A stretch of 64,000 bases of DNA from an uncultured Actinomycetota bacterium (GTDB taxonomy: Bacteria > Actinomycetota > Actinomycetes > CAVWCF01), in contig CAVWCF010000001.1 in assembly GCA_963753435.1 (NCBI GenBank), forward strand, positions 576,001 to 640,000, given 5' to 3'. The position numbers and the translations under genes were made by a program. The notes below the pieces were generated by a model, which was given only the letters and a program-made list of their open reading frames with translations, was not told where the DNA came from and did not search any database. This document shows, in pieces, positions 31,198 to 40,328 of this stretch. Within the stretch, counting starts at the first letter, position 1; each line of letters starts with the position of its first letter.

Positions 31198-32364
31198 CTA
31201 GTTGCCGATCGCCTGCTGGAAAGCGGCCTGGTAGCGCTGTTCTTCTTCTTCGCTCAAGGACTTGAAGATCACTCCCCGCGACAACTGCTCGTCGTCGGGG
31301 AAGATCCACTCACTGTCAACCAGCTCCGGGTCCACCTGCTCCATGGCCTCTCTAGCGCCTTCGAACGGGCATAGGTACTGGACATACGCGGCCACCTCGG
31401 CAGCGATATCCGGCTGGGTGTACCAGTCGAGCAGCGCTTCCGCGTCGGCTTGATCGCCGGCCCCCTGCGGCACCATGGACGTGTCCGTCCACAGAGTCCC
31501 GCCAGACTCCGGCAGCGCAAACCCGTACTCTTCGCCCAGCGCGACCACATCGCCGGACCAGCCGATGACGGCCGCGATGTCACCGTTCTCCAACGAGTTC
31601 AGGTAGTCGTTGCCTTGAACCTGGCGGATCTGACCGTTGTCGATCTGCTTGACCAGTTCCGCGAGCGCCTGGTCAAACTCGTCGTCGCCGAAGTCGGTGG
31701 GGTCGTTGCCCTGCCACAACATGATTACGCCGATGGTGTCGCGCATCTCGGACACGACACCCACGCGGCCACGAAGCCCCGGGTCCCAAAGATCATCAAG
31801 CGTGCGCATCTCCGACTTGCCGGCGAGGTCGGCAAGGAGCGGAACGTTCCAACCCAGTCCCGCGAATCCGGACTGCCAGGGAACCGTGTAACTGCGGTCC
31901 GGGTCGTACTCGGGGCTCTTGAGCCGCTCGATGATCCGGGACGAACCAGGGATGTTGTCCTTGTTCAGCTTCTCGCTGTAGCCCAAGTTGATCCAGCGGG
32001 CGCACATCCAGTCGGTGAGGACGACCAGGTCGCGCCCAATGTCGCGGCCTTGCTCCAGAGTTGGCCGTACCTTGGCGTAGAACTCCTCGTTGTCGTTGAT
32101 GTCCTCGGTGAGTTGGACCTGGATTCCCTTTTCCTCCTGGAAGCGAACCAGCGTCGGGCGCTCACCGGACTCCTCATCGACATCGGTGTACTCGATCCAG
32201 TTGGACCAGTTCACGACACCATCGGGCTCGGCGGGCTCAACCTCAGACGTCGAACTCCCGGTTCCGCATGCGGCCAGCGCCACACCCGCCGCACCGGTTC
32301 CCGAAACAGCCAGGAACTGCCGCCGCGACAGCCGATTGGTCAACCTTCTGTTCCGCCTGGCCAC
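31198..32364 (-). CDS. Polyamine ABC transporter substrate-binding lipoprotein (PotD/PotF family), copy 1
   Basis: Tat signal SRRQFL plus lipobox LAAC; WSNW..Y, PWQSGFAG, WSGD, LWTD. Confidence 0.9.
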   Translation of the reverse strand: MARRNRRLTNRLSRRQFLAVSGTGAAGVALAACGTGSSTSEVEPAEPDGVVNWSNWIEYTDVDEESGERPTLVRFQEEKGIQVQLTEDINDNEEFYAKVRPTLEQGRDIGRDLVVLTDWMCARWINLGYSEKLNKDNIPGSSRIIERLKSPEYDPDRSYTVPWQSGFAGLGWNVPLLADLAGKSEMRTLDDLWDPGLRGRVGVVSEMRDTIGVIMLWQGNDPTDFGDDEFDQALAELVKQIDNGQIRQVQGNDYLNSLENGDIAAVIGWSGDVVALGEEYGFALPESGGTLWTDTSMVPQGAGDQADAEALLDWYTQPDIAAEVAAYVQYLCPFEGAREAMEQVDPELVDSEWIFPDDEQLSRGVIFKSLSEEEEQRYQAAFQQAIGN

Positions 32365-32371
32365 CTGTCCC

Positions 32372-33856
32372 CTACCCCCGATCGCCGAAAATGGTCCGGT
32401 GCCAATCCTTGCGCGCTATGGCGGAGTTGTCAGACATAACGTGCTTAATCGCTGTGTACTCATCGAAGGAGTACTGGCTCATGTCCTTGCCGAAGCCGGA
32501 CTGCTTGAACCCACCGTGCGGCATCTCGCTGATGATCGGAATGTGGTCGTTGATCCATACGCAACCGGCGCGAATCTCGCGCGCCGCGCGCTGTGCGCGA
32601 AAGACGTCGCGGGTCCAGGCTGATGCGGCCAACCCGTAAGGCGTGTCGTTGGCCAAGTTGAAGCCGTCGTCATCGCTGTCGAACGGCAGCACCACCAGCA
32701 CCGGCCCGAAGATCTCCGACTGAACCACTTCCGAGCCCTGGGCGGCGCCGGTGATCAGCGTCGGTTCGTAGTAGGCGCCCTGGGCCAGGTCGCCGCCCGG
32801 AACCGATCCCCCGCGAACCACCTGGGCGCCATCGGCAATTGCCCGCTCCACGAAACCGGCAACGGATTCCTGCTGGCGGCGGGAGATCAGCGGCCCCTGA
32901 TCGGTCCCTGGGTCGAACGGATCACCCAGTCGCACTCCGGCCATCACGTCGGCAACGCCGGCCACGAACTCCTCGTACAGCGGGCGCTGCACGTACGCCC
33001 GTGTCGCGGCGGTGCAGTCCTGGCCGGTGTTGATGAGCGCCCCGGCCACAGCCCCTTGGACTGCCGCCGCGAGGTCAGCATCGTCGAAGACAACGAACGG
33101 CGCTTTGCCGCCTAGTTCCAGGTGAACGCGCTTGGCCGTCGGCGCTGCCGCGGCCATCACCGAAGTCCCGACCGGTGTCGACCCGGTGAACGACACCATG
33201 GCCACGTCGGGATGAGCGGCCAGGTGCGCCCCGACCACCGAACCCGCTCCCGTCAGCACGTTGATGACACCGGCGGGAAGTCCGGCTTCGGCAGCTGCAT
33301 CGGCCAGCATCAGCGACGTGAGCGGAGTCATCTCGGCCGGTTTCAGCACGATGGTGTTGCCAGCTGCGATCGCGGGAAGGATCTTCCAGCCAGCCATCTG
33401 CAAGGGATAGTTCCAGGGCGCGATCGACGCCACCACGCCGATGGCTTCCCGGCGGATCATCGAGGTGTGGTCGCCGGAGTACTCCCCCGCAGCTCGACCC
33501 TCGAGGTTGCGGGCCGCTCCGGCGAAGAAGGAAACGTTGTCGATCGTCCCGGGGACGTCGAACTCGGTGCTCAACTTGATCGGTTTGCCGGTTTGCCGGC
33601 TTTCCGTATCAGCGAACTGGCCGGCCTTGTTGGAAAGAATCTCCGCCAACCGGACCAGGACCCCGGCTCGCTCCGCTGGTGTTGCCCGAGACCACTCCGG
33701 AAACGCCTCCGTTGCGGCGGCTACTGCCGCATCCGCATCGGCGGCGTCGGCCAGCACAACGGTCTCGACCACGTTGCCGGTGGCCGGGTCGACGACGTCA
33801 AAGGTCTTGCCCGAACTTCCTGTCGCCGCCCGGCCCCCGATGCGCTGATGCGCCAT
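32372..33856 (-). CDS. Gamma-aminobutyraldehyde dehydrogenase-like ALDH, copy 1
   Basis: [52 protein letters not shown]. Confidence 0.9.
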   Translation of the reverse strand: MAHQRIGGRAATGSSGKTFDVVDPATGNVVETVVLADAADADAAVAAATEAFPEWSRATPAERAGVLVRLAEILSNKAGQFADTESRQTGKPIKLSTEFDVPGTIDNVSFFAGAARNLEGRAAGEYSGDHTSMIRREAIGVVASIAPWNYPLQMAGWKILPAIAAGNTIVLKPAEMTPLTSLMLADAAAEAGLPAGVINVLTGAGSVVGAHLAAHPDVAMVSFTGSTPVGTSVMAAAAPTAKRVHLELGGKAPFVVFDDADLAAAVQGAVAGALINTGQDCTAATRAYVQRPLYEEFVAGVADVMAGVRLGDPFDPGTDQGPLISRRQQESVAGFVERAIADGAQVVRGGSVPGGDLAQGAYYEPTLITGAAQGSEVVQSEIFGPVLVVLPFDSDDDGFNLANDTPYGLAASAWTRDVFRAQRAAREIRAGCVWINDHIPIISEMPHGGFKQSGFGKDMSQYSFDEYTAIKHVMSDNSAIARKDWHRTIFGDRG

Positions 33857-33859
33857 CGA

Positions 33860-35020
33860 TCAGTTGCCGATCACTGCCTGGAACTGGCTTTGGTACTTGC
33901 TGTCCGTCTCTTCGTCCAGCGCCTGGAAGATGGTCCCGCGACCCAGTTGCTCGTCGTTGGGGAAGATCCACTCGCTCTCGGCCAACTCGGGATCAATCTG
34001 CTCCATCGCCTCCTGAGCCCCGGCGATGGGACACAGGTAGTTGACGTAGGCGGCGACCTCAGCGGCATTTGCCGGGTCCATGTAGAAGTTGATGAGTTTC
34101 TCAGCGTCCGCCTGGTCACCGGCAACTTGCGGGATCAGGATGTTGTCCGTCCACAGCGTCCCGCCGGACTCCGGCAACGCGAACCCGAAGTCGTCGCCCA
34201 AACTGACGACGTCCCCGGACCACCCGATCACCGCGACCGCGTCGCCGCCCTCGAGCGAAGTCAGGTAGTCGTTGCCCTGTACCTGGCGGATCTGCCCGGA
34301 GTCGACCTGCCGCTGCAACTCGGCCAGCGCCTCGTCGTACTCCTCATCCCCGAAGCTGCTGGGGTCGTTGCCCTGCGCGAGCATGATCACGCCGATCGTG
34401 TCGCGCATCTCGGTCAGCACCGAGACCCGACCCTTCAACTCCGGCGCCCACAACTCCTCAACGCTGGACAGCGAGGTCTTGCCGGTCAGTTCCTGCAGGA
34501 GCGGCGTGTTCCAGCCGAGACCGGCGAAGCCGGACTGCCAGGGCACCGTGTACTCGCGCGAGGAATCGAAGTCAGGGCTCTGCAGGCGCTCGATGATGTT
34601 GCCCGCGTTGGGGATGTTGTCCTTGTTGAGTTTTTCGGTCCAGCCGTTGGCGATCCACAGACCGGCCATCCAGTCCGTCAGCACCGCCATGTCCCGGTCG
34701 ATGCTGCGGCCCTGCTCCAGCGTCGGTCGAACCTTCGCCAGGAACTCGTTGTTGTCGTTGACGTCCTCGACGTAGTTGACGGTGATGCCCAGTTCTGACT
34801 GGGCGCGCTCAAGGCTCGGGCGAGCACCCGTGTCGTCGTCAATGTCGATGTACGCGATCCAGTTGGACCAATCGACCGTGCCGTCCGGAGCCGCCTCCTC
34901 CTTGTCGCCGGTGCTGCTGCCGGTGCCGCAGGCGGCCAGCGCCAGGCCGGCAGCACCCGCTCCAGATGCGGCTAGAAATCCACGGCGGGTAAGCCGTCCA
35001 CGTCCGGTCATGCCAGTCAT
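33860..35020 (-). CDS. Polyamine ABC transporter substrate-binding lipoprotein (PotD/PotF family), copy 2
   Basis: Tat signal TRRGFL plus LAAC; colinear paralog of 31198-32364. Start uncertain (35026/35020/35011). Confidence 0.9.
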   Translation of the reverse strand: MTGMTGRGRLTRRGFLAASGAGAAGLALAACGTGSSTGDKEEAAPDGTVDWSNWIAYIDIDDDTGARPSLERAQSELGITVNYVEDVNDNNEFLAKVRPTLEQGRSIDRDMAVLTDWMAGLWIANGWTEKLNKDNIPNAGNIIERLQSPDFDSSREYTVPWQSGFAGLGWNTPLLQELTGKTSLSSVEELWAPELKGRVSVLTEMRDTIGVIMLAQGNDPSSFGDEEYDEALAELQRQVDSGQIRQVQGNDYLTSLEGGDAVAVIGWSGDVVSLGDDFGFALPESGGTLWTDNILIPQVAGDQADAEKLINFYMDPANAAEVAAYVNYLCPIAGAQEAMEQIDPELAESEWIFPNDEQLGRGTIFQALDEETDSKYQSQFQAVIGN

Positions 35021-35022
35021 CC

Positions 35023-36474
35023 TCACTCCCCGATATTCGCCATTACGTGCTTGACCCTGGTGTAGTCCTCGAAGCCGTACATGGACAGGTCCTTGCCGTA
35101 CCCCGAGTGCTTAAAGCCACCGTGCGGCATCTCTGCCACCAGCGGGATGTGCGTGTTGATCCAAACACAACCGAAGTCCAAACGCTTGGCCATTCGCATC
35201 GCTCGACCGAAGTCCTGGGTCCAAACCGACGACGCGAGGCCATAGTCGACGCCGTTCGCCCACGTCAGCGCCTGAGCCTCGTCACTGAATCGCTGCACCG
35301 TAATGACGGGGCCGAACACCTCGTTTTGGATGATCTCGTCTTCCTGGTTCAGGTCGGCCACGACGGTCGGGGAGTAGTGGAAGCCAACGTCACCGAGTCG
35401 TTGCCCCCCGGTCGTCAGGTTGGCGTGGTCTGGCAGTCGCTCGATAAACCCGGCGACCCGGGCCAGCTGATTAGCGCTGTTTACAGCCGGCAACAGGGCA
35501 TCGTCGTGCTCGCGCCCCAGCGCGTGCGCGGTAGCGATCCCCCTGGCCTGTTCGGTCAGGGCAGAAACGAAGTCGTCGTAAACACCGGGGGCGCCGAGAA
35601 CGCGGGTCGCCGCGGTGCAGTCCTGGCCCGCATTGAAGTATCCGGCGATCGCAATTGCCTCAGCGGCCGCCTCAATGTCTGCATCGTCGAATATGACGAT
35701 CGGCGCCTTGCCACCCAGTTCCAGGTGGACGCGCTTGACGTCCTTTGCCGCCGAACCGGCGACCTCCATACCCGCGCGCACGCTCCCCGTGATCGCCACC
35801 ATCTCCGGAGTCGGGTGCTCGACCAACGCTCGACCTGTGTCCCGGTCACCGCACAAGACGTTGAGCACACCGGGCGGGAGCACGTCGTGCTCGGCGAACA
35901 ACTGGGCCATCCGCACGGTGCTGACGGGGGTGGTGTCAGCCGGTTTCAACACGACGGTGTTTCCTGCGGCGATCGCCGGTGCGAACTTCCACACCGCCAT
36001 CATCATCGGGTAGTTCCAGGGAGTGACCTGCCCGATCACTCCGATCGGCTCGCGCCGGATCATCGAGGTGTGGCCCGGCATGTACTCGCCAGCGGCACGG
36101 CCCTCTAGCAGTCGAGCGGCGCCCGCGAAGAACCGGATCTGATCGACCATCGGCGGGATCTCCTCCGACATGGTCAGAGGGATCGGCTTGCCCGTGTTCT
36201 CGCTCTCGAGATCAACTAGCTCTTCGGCATGCTGCTCGATTACATCGGCCATCTTCAGCAAGGCTGCCTGCCGCTGCGACGGCGTGGTGTCACGCCATCC
36301 GTCGAACGCAGCCGCCGCTGCCGCATAGGCGGAATCGACGTCGGCCGCAGTCGATAGCGGGGCCGACGCGAAGACCTCACCCGTGTGTGGGTTCACCAGA
36401 TCGGTGGTCTGCCCGTCGCGGGCAGCGACCGACTCGCCGTTTATCAAGTTCCCAATGGTCCGCTTGTCCGCCAC
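35023..36474 (-). CDS. Gamma-aminobutyraldehyde dehydrogenase (PatD/YdcW-like ALDH), copy 2
   Basis: [55 protein letters not shown]. Confidence 0.92.
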   Translation of the reverse strand: MADKRTIGNLINGESVAARDGQTTDLVNPHTGEVFASAPLSTAADVDSAYAAAAAAFDGWRDTTPSQRQAALLKMADVIEQHAEELVDLESENTGKPIPLTMSEEIPPMVDQIRFFAGAARLLEGRAAGEYMPGHTSMIRREPIGVIGQVTPWNYPMMMAVWKFAPAIAAGNTVVLKPADTTPVSTVRMAQLFAEHDVLPPGVLNVLCGDRDTGRALVEHPTPEMVAITGSVRAGMEVAGSAAKDVKRVHLELGGKAPIVIFDDADIEAAAEAIAIAGYFNAGQDCTAATRVLGAPGVYDDFVSALTEQARGIATAHALGREHDDALLPAVNSANQLARVAGFIERLPDHANLTTGGQRLGDVGFHYSPTVVADLNQEDEIIQNEVFGPVITVQRFSDEAQALTWANGVDYGLASSVWTQDFGRAMRMAKRLDFGCVWINTHIPLVAEMPHGGFKHSGYGKDLSMYGFEDYTRVKHVMANIGE

Positions 36475-36513
36475 CCGGCACCTCCAGTTCGCGGATCATC
36501 ACACCACAGATCT

Positions 36514-36587
36514 GCGGTTTCGGTCAGCATCTCGGCCAAAATCGAGGAAACCCGTAGCCAAATGCCCTACAAGCATGCGGATTCCCT
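36514..36587. promoter_or_regulatory. Three putative Lrp/AsnC operator sites with 31-32 bp phasing
   Basis: GCGGTTTCGGT (36514), AGGAAACCCGT (36545), GCGGATTCCCT (36577): degenerate ACGGWWWCCGT palindromes in the divergent ALDH/Lrp spacer. Confidence 0.5.
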
Positions 36588-36621
36588 TGCCAATAGCCGC
36601 CAGCCACGACAGGATCCGCCC

Positions 36622-37089
36622 ATGTCCCGGACCGTGACTAGAAACGGCCTGGACGACGTGTCCAAACAGATCATCGAGCAACTGCAGCAGGACGGCCGTC
36701 GTCCGTACTCGGCCATTGCGGCCGCTGTGGGGCTGTCGGAGGCAGCGGTTCGCCAGCGGGTGCAACGACTGACCGACGCCGGCGTGATCCAGATAGTCGC
36801 CGTGACCGATCCACTCACCGTTGGATTCCCAAGAGCGGCGATGATCGGTGTGACGGTGGACGGGAACCTGGACTCCGTTGCCGACGAACTCGAGAAGCTG
36901 CCAGAGGCGGATTACCTGGTCGTGGTCGCCGGCGCGTACGACTTGCTCGTCGAGGTCGTGTGCGAGGACGACGACCACCTGCTGGATGTGTTGAACACCA
37001 AGATCCGTTCCGTTCCAGGCGTCGTCCGAACCGAGACGTTCGTCTACTTGAAGCTGCGAAAGCAGATCTACACCTGGGGTACCCGATGA
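36622..37089 (+). CDS. Lrp/AsnC family transcriptional regulator
   Basis: LDDVSKQIIEQLQQDGRRPYSAIAAAVGLSEAAVRQRVQRL HTH and GAYDLL RAM domain. Start reset to ATG 36622. Confidence 0.95.
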   Translation: MSRTVTRNGLDDVSKQIIEQLQQDGRRPYSAIAAAVGLSEAAVRQRVQRLTDAGVIQIVAVTDPLTVGFPRAAMIGVTVDGNLDSVADELEKLPEADYLVVVAGAYDLLVEVVCEDDDHLLDVLNTKIRSVPGVVRTETFVYLKLRKQIYTWGTR

Positions 37090-38483
37090 CAGTGACACCG
37101 CAGTACGTGACCGAGCTCGGCCAGGACTCACTCGCCGAGACCGCACGACGGCATCTCTGGATGCACTTCACGCGCCACTCCGTCTACGAGTCGGGGGGTC
37201 ACGTCCCGGTCATCGAGCGGGGCGAGGGCGCCTATATCTGGGACGACACCGGGCGCCGCTATCTCGACGGCCTGGCGGGGTTGTTCGTCGTCCAGGTCGG
37301 CCATGGCCGAGCCGAGATAGCCGAAGCAATGGCGACCCAGGCCAAGCAGTTGGAGTTCTTCCCCCTTTGGTCGTACGCCCACCCGACGGCAATCAAGCTC
37401 GCCGAACGACTGGCGTCATACGCACCGGCGGACCTGAACCGCGTCTTCTTCACCACCGGTGGCGGCGAAGCGGTGGAGAGCGCCTGGAAGTTGGCAAAGC
37501 AGTACTTCCGGCTGACCGGCCGCCCGAACAAGTACAAGGTCATCAGTCGGGCCGTCGCGTACCACGGCACCCCGCAGGGCGCGCTTTCGATCACTGGCAT
37601 CCCCGCGGCCAAGGCCGATTTCGAACCACTGGTTCCGGGCGCTCACAAGGTGCCGAACACAAACTTCTACCGCGCTCCCGAGCACGGCGACGATCTCGAA
37701 GCATTCGGTCGCTGGGCCGCGGACCGCATCGCCGAGGCGATCGAGTTCGAAGGAGCGGACACCGTCGCCGCCGTCTTCCTGGAGCCGGTGCAGAACTCCG
37801 GGGGCTGCTTCCCGCCGCCGCCGGGCTACTTCGAGCGGGTGCGGGAGATCTGCGACGAGTACGACGTCCTGCTCGTGGCCGACGAGACCATCTGCGCCTT
37901 CGGCCGAATCGGCGACATGTTCGCCATGAACCGTTTCGGAGTTGTCCCCGACATCCTCACTTTCGCCAAGGGTCTGACCTCCGGCTACGCCCCGCTGGGC
38001 GCGATGATCGCCTCGGACCGCTTGTTCGAGCCGTTCCGCAACGGCACCGCGACGTTCCTGCACGGGTACACCTGGGCGGGACACCCGGTGTCCGCCGCCG
38101 CGGCTATGGCCAACCTGGACATCTTCGAGAACGAGAATCTGATCGAACACGTGCGGTCCAACGAAGGAGCGTTCCGGTCGACTCTGGAGAAGCTGCACGA
38201 CCTGCCCATCGTCGGTGATGTCCGCGGCGAGGGGTACTTCTACGGAATCGAGTTGGTCAAGGACAAGCAGACCAAGGAGACGTTCAACGACGACGAGGCC
38301 GAACGGCTGTTGCGCGGCTTCTTGTCCAAGGCGCTCTTCGACAACGGCCTGTACTGCCGAGCCGACGACCGCGGCGACCCGGTCATTCAACTGGCACCAC
38401 CGTTGATCATCGGTCAGCCGGAGTTCGACGAGATCGAGCAAATCCTTCGATCGGTGCTGACCGAGGCCTGGTCGATCCTCTGA
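37086..38483 (+). CDS. Class III PLP aminotransferase (putrescine/omega-amine:pyruvate transaminase type)
   Basis: HLWMHFT, YLDGLAGL, GGEAVESAWKLA, AYHGT, DETICAFGR, FAKGLTSGY, HGYTW. ATG 37086 overlaps the Lrp stop (ATGA). Confidence 0.92.
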   Translation: MTVTPQYVTELGQDSLAETARRHLWMHFTRHSVYESGGHVPVIERGEGAYIWDDTGRRYLDGLAGLFVVQVGHGRAEIAEAMATQAKQLEFFPLWSYAHPTAIKLAERLASYAPADLNRVFFTTGGGEAVESAWKLAKQYFRLTGRPNKYKVISRAVAYHGTPQGALSITGIPAAKADFEPLVPGAHKVPNTNFYRAPEHGDDLEAFGRWAADRIAEAIEFEGADTVAAVFLEPVQNSGGCFPPPPGYFERVREICDEYDVLLVADETICAFGRIGDMFAMNRFGVVPDILTFAKGLTSGYAPLGAMIASDRLFEPFRNGTATFLHGYTWAGHPVSAAAAMANLDIFENENLIEHVRSNEGAFRSTLEKLHDLPIVGDVRGEGYFYGIELVKDKQTKETFNDDEAERLLRGFLSKALFDNGLYCRADDRGDPVIQLAPPLIIGQPEFDEIEQILRSVLTEAWSIL

Positions 38484-39130
38484 GCGCGACACCCGGCGAT
38501 ACCGCCCGCACCACCGTTCGCCGGCTGCCGGAAAAGGCGGTGCGCGACCGCGACGTCCTAGACCAGATCCTGGACGCCGCGGTCGTGGCACACGTCGGCA
38601 TCGACGACGACGGCCCGGTTGTGGTGCCGGTCGCCTTCGCCCGGGACGGCGAGCGGGTCCTGGTCCACGGCTCGGCGGCGTCCCGCCTGTTCCGTCGACT
38701 CGCGGCCGGTGCCCCGGCCTGTCTGACCGTGACCATCCTGGATGCACTCGTGGTGGCCCGTGCCAGCTTCGAACTGAGCATGAACTACCGCTGCGTCATG
38801 GTCTTCGGGCGCTTCACCGAAGTGACTGGAGCGGAGGCCAAGACGGCGGCGCTGCGTACGCTCACGGAGACGCTGATGCCCGGCCGATGGGCCGACGTGC
38901 GACCCCCGGACCCCCAGGAGTTGTTGGCGACCACGGTGTTGGCTCTGCCACTGGCGGAATGCTCGGTGAAGGTCTCCGACAAGTACCCGGACGACTCCCC
39001 CGCAGATCGCGCAATGAACGTATGGGCCGGCCTGGTCCCGATCCACCGGAGTCTGGGCACCCCCATGCCTGATCGGGACCTGCCCGACGTCATCCCGGTT
39101 CCCGACTACGTCAGCACCTGGCGCGCATGA
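38480..39130 (+). CDS. Pyridoxamine 5'-phosphate oxidase-like (split beta-barrel flavin-binding, NimA-like) protein
   Basis: HGSAASR, ARASFELSMNYRCVMVFG, PGRWADVRPP, WAGLVP. Family-typical N-terminus RTTVRRLPEKA lies upstream of the annotated GTG 38540, suggesting a CTG start at 38480. Confidence 0.8.
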   Translation: MSATPGDTARTTVRRLPEKAVRDRDVLDQILDAAVVAHVGIDDDGPVVVPVAFARDGERVLVHGSAASRLFRRLAAGAPACLTVTILDALVVARASFELSMNYRCVMVFGRFTEVTGAEAKTAALRTLTETLMPGRWADVRPPDPQELLATTVLALPLAECSVKVSDKYPDDSPADRAMNVWAGLVPIHRSLGTPMPDRDLPDVIPVPDYVSTWRA

Positions 39131-39161
39131 ACCACCTACTCTGAACAACCGAGGGATGCCA

Positions 39162-40328
39162 ATGACTCAATCTGCGCTCGCCATGCTGGATGCGGAGGAT
39201 CTGCTCACCGATGAGCAGCGCGCCATCCGCGACACCGTTCGTCGATTCGTTGATGACCGGGTACGCCCGGAGGTTGCGCAATGGTTCGAATCCGGCGAGA
39301 TACCGGCCCGCGAGTTGGCGGCCGAACTCGGCAATCTGGGCGTGCTCGGCATGCACCTGGATGGCTACGGGTGCGCCGGTACCGATGCGATCAGCTACGG
39401 GTTGGCCTGCATGGAGTTGGAGGCCGGCGACTCCGGGCTCCGCTCCCTGGTCAGCGTCCAGGGCTCCCTGGCGATGTTTGCCATCTGGCGGTGGGGAACC
39501 GAGGAACAGAAGACTGAGTGGCTACCCCGTCTAGCCGCCGGGGAGGCGATCGGCTGCTTCGGCCTGACCGAACCGGACTTCGGCTCCAACCCAGCGGACA
39601 TGCGGACCTCCGCCAAACGCGACGGTGACGACTGGGTGCTGTCCGGCTCGAAGATGTGGATCACGAACGGGACCGTGGCCGACGTGGCCGTGGTCTGGGC
39701 GCAGACAGAGGACGGAATCGCCGGATTCGTGGTCCCAACCGACACCCCCGGGTTCTCGGCTCCGGAGATCAAGCACAAGATGTCGTTGCGAGCCTCGGTG
39801 ACATCTGAGTTGATCCTGGATGCGGTACGGCTGCCCGGTTCGGCACGGCTCGGTGACGTAACCGGGCTCAAGGGGCCGCTGTCCTGCCTGTCCGAGGCGC
39901 GGTTCGGGATCGTTTTTGGCGCCGTCGGCGCGGCCCGGGACTGCCTGGCCGCCACCACCGACTACGCATTGAGCCGCGAACAGTTCGGGCGGCCGATCGC
40001 CGGATTCCAATTGACCCAGGCGAAGCTGGCCGACATGGCTCTGGAGCTGCAGAAGGCGTACCTGCTTGCGCTGCACCTGGGTCGGCTCAAGGACGCTGGG
40101 CGAGTCCGCCCCGAGCAGATCAGTTTGGGCAAGTTGAACAACGTTCGCGAGGCGTTGGACATCGCCCGCACCTGCCGCACGATCCTGGGCGCCAGCGGCA
40201 TCACGCTGGAGTACCCGGTCTTGCGGCATGCGAACAACCTGGAGTCGGTGCTCACGTACGAGGGAACGTCAGAAATCCACGCACTGGTGGTCGGCCAGGC
40301 ACTGACCGGGCTGCCGGCCTACCGCTGA
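39162..40328 (+). CDS. Acyl-CoA dehydrogenase, glutaryl-CoA dehydrogenase subfamily
   Basis: DSGLRSLVSVQGSLAM, GCFGLTEPDFGSNP, KMSLRASVT, NLESVLTYEGTSEIHAL (GcdH-type C-terminus). Confidence 0.85.
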   Translation: MTQSALAMLDAEDLLTDEQRAIRDTVRRFVDDRVRPEVAQWFESGEIPARELAAELGNLGVLGMHLDGYGCAGTDAISYGLACMELEAGDSGLRSLVSVQGSLAMFAIWRWGTEEQKTEWLPRLAAGEAIGCFGLTEPDFGSNPADMRTSAKRDGDDWVLSGSKMWITNGTVADVAVVWAQTEDGIAGFVVPTDTPGFSAPEIKHKMSLRASVTSELILDAVRLPGSARLGDVTGLKGPLSCLSEARFGIVFGAVGAARDCLAATTDYALSREQFGRPIAGFQLTQAKLADMALELQKAYLLALHLGRLKDAGRVRPEQISLGKLNNVREALDIARTCRTILGASGITLEYPVLRHANNLESVLTYEGTSEIHALVVGQALTGLPAYR

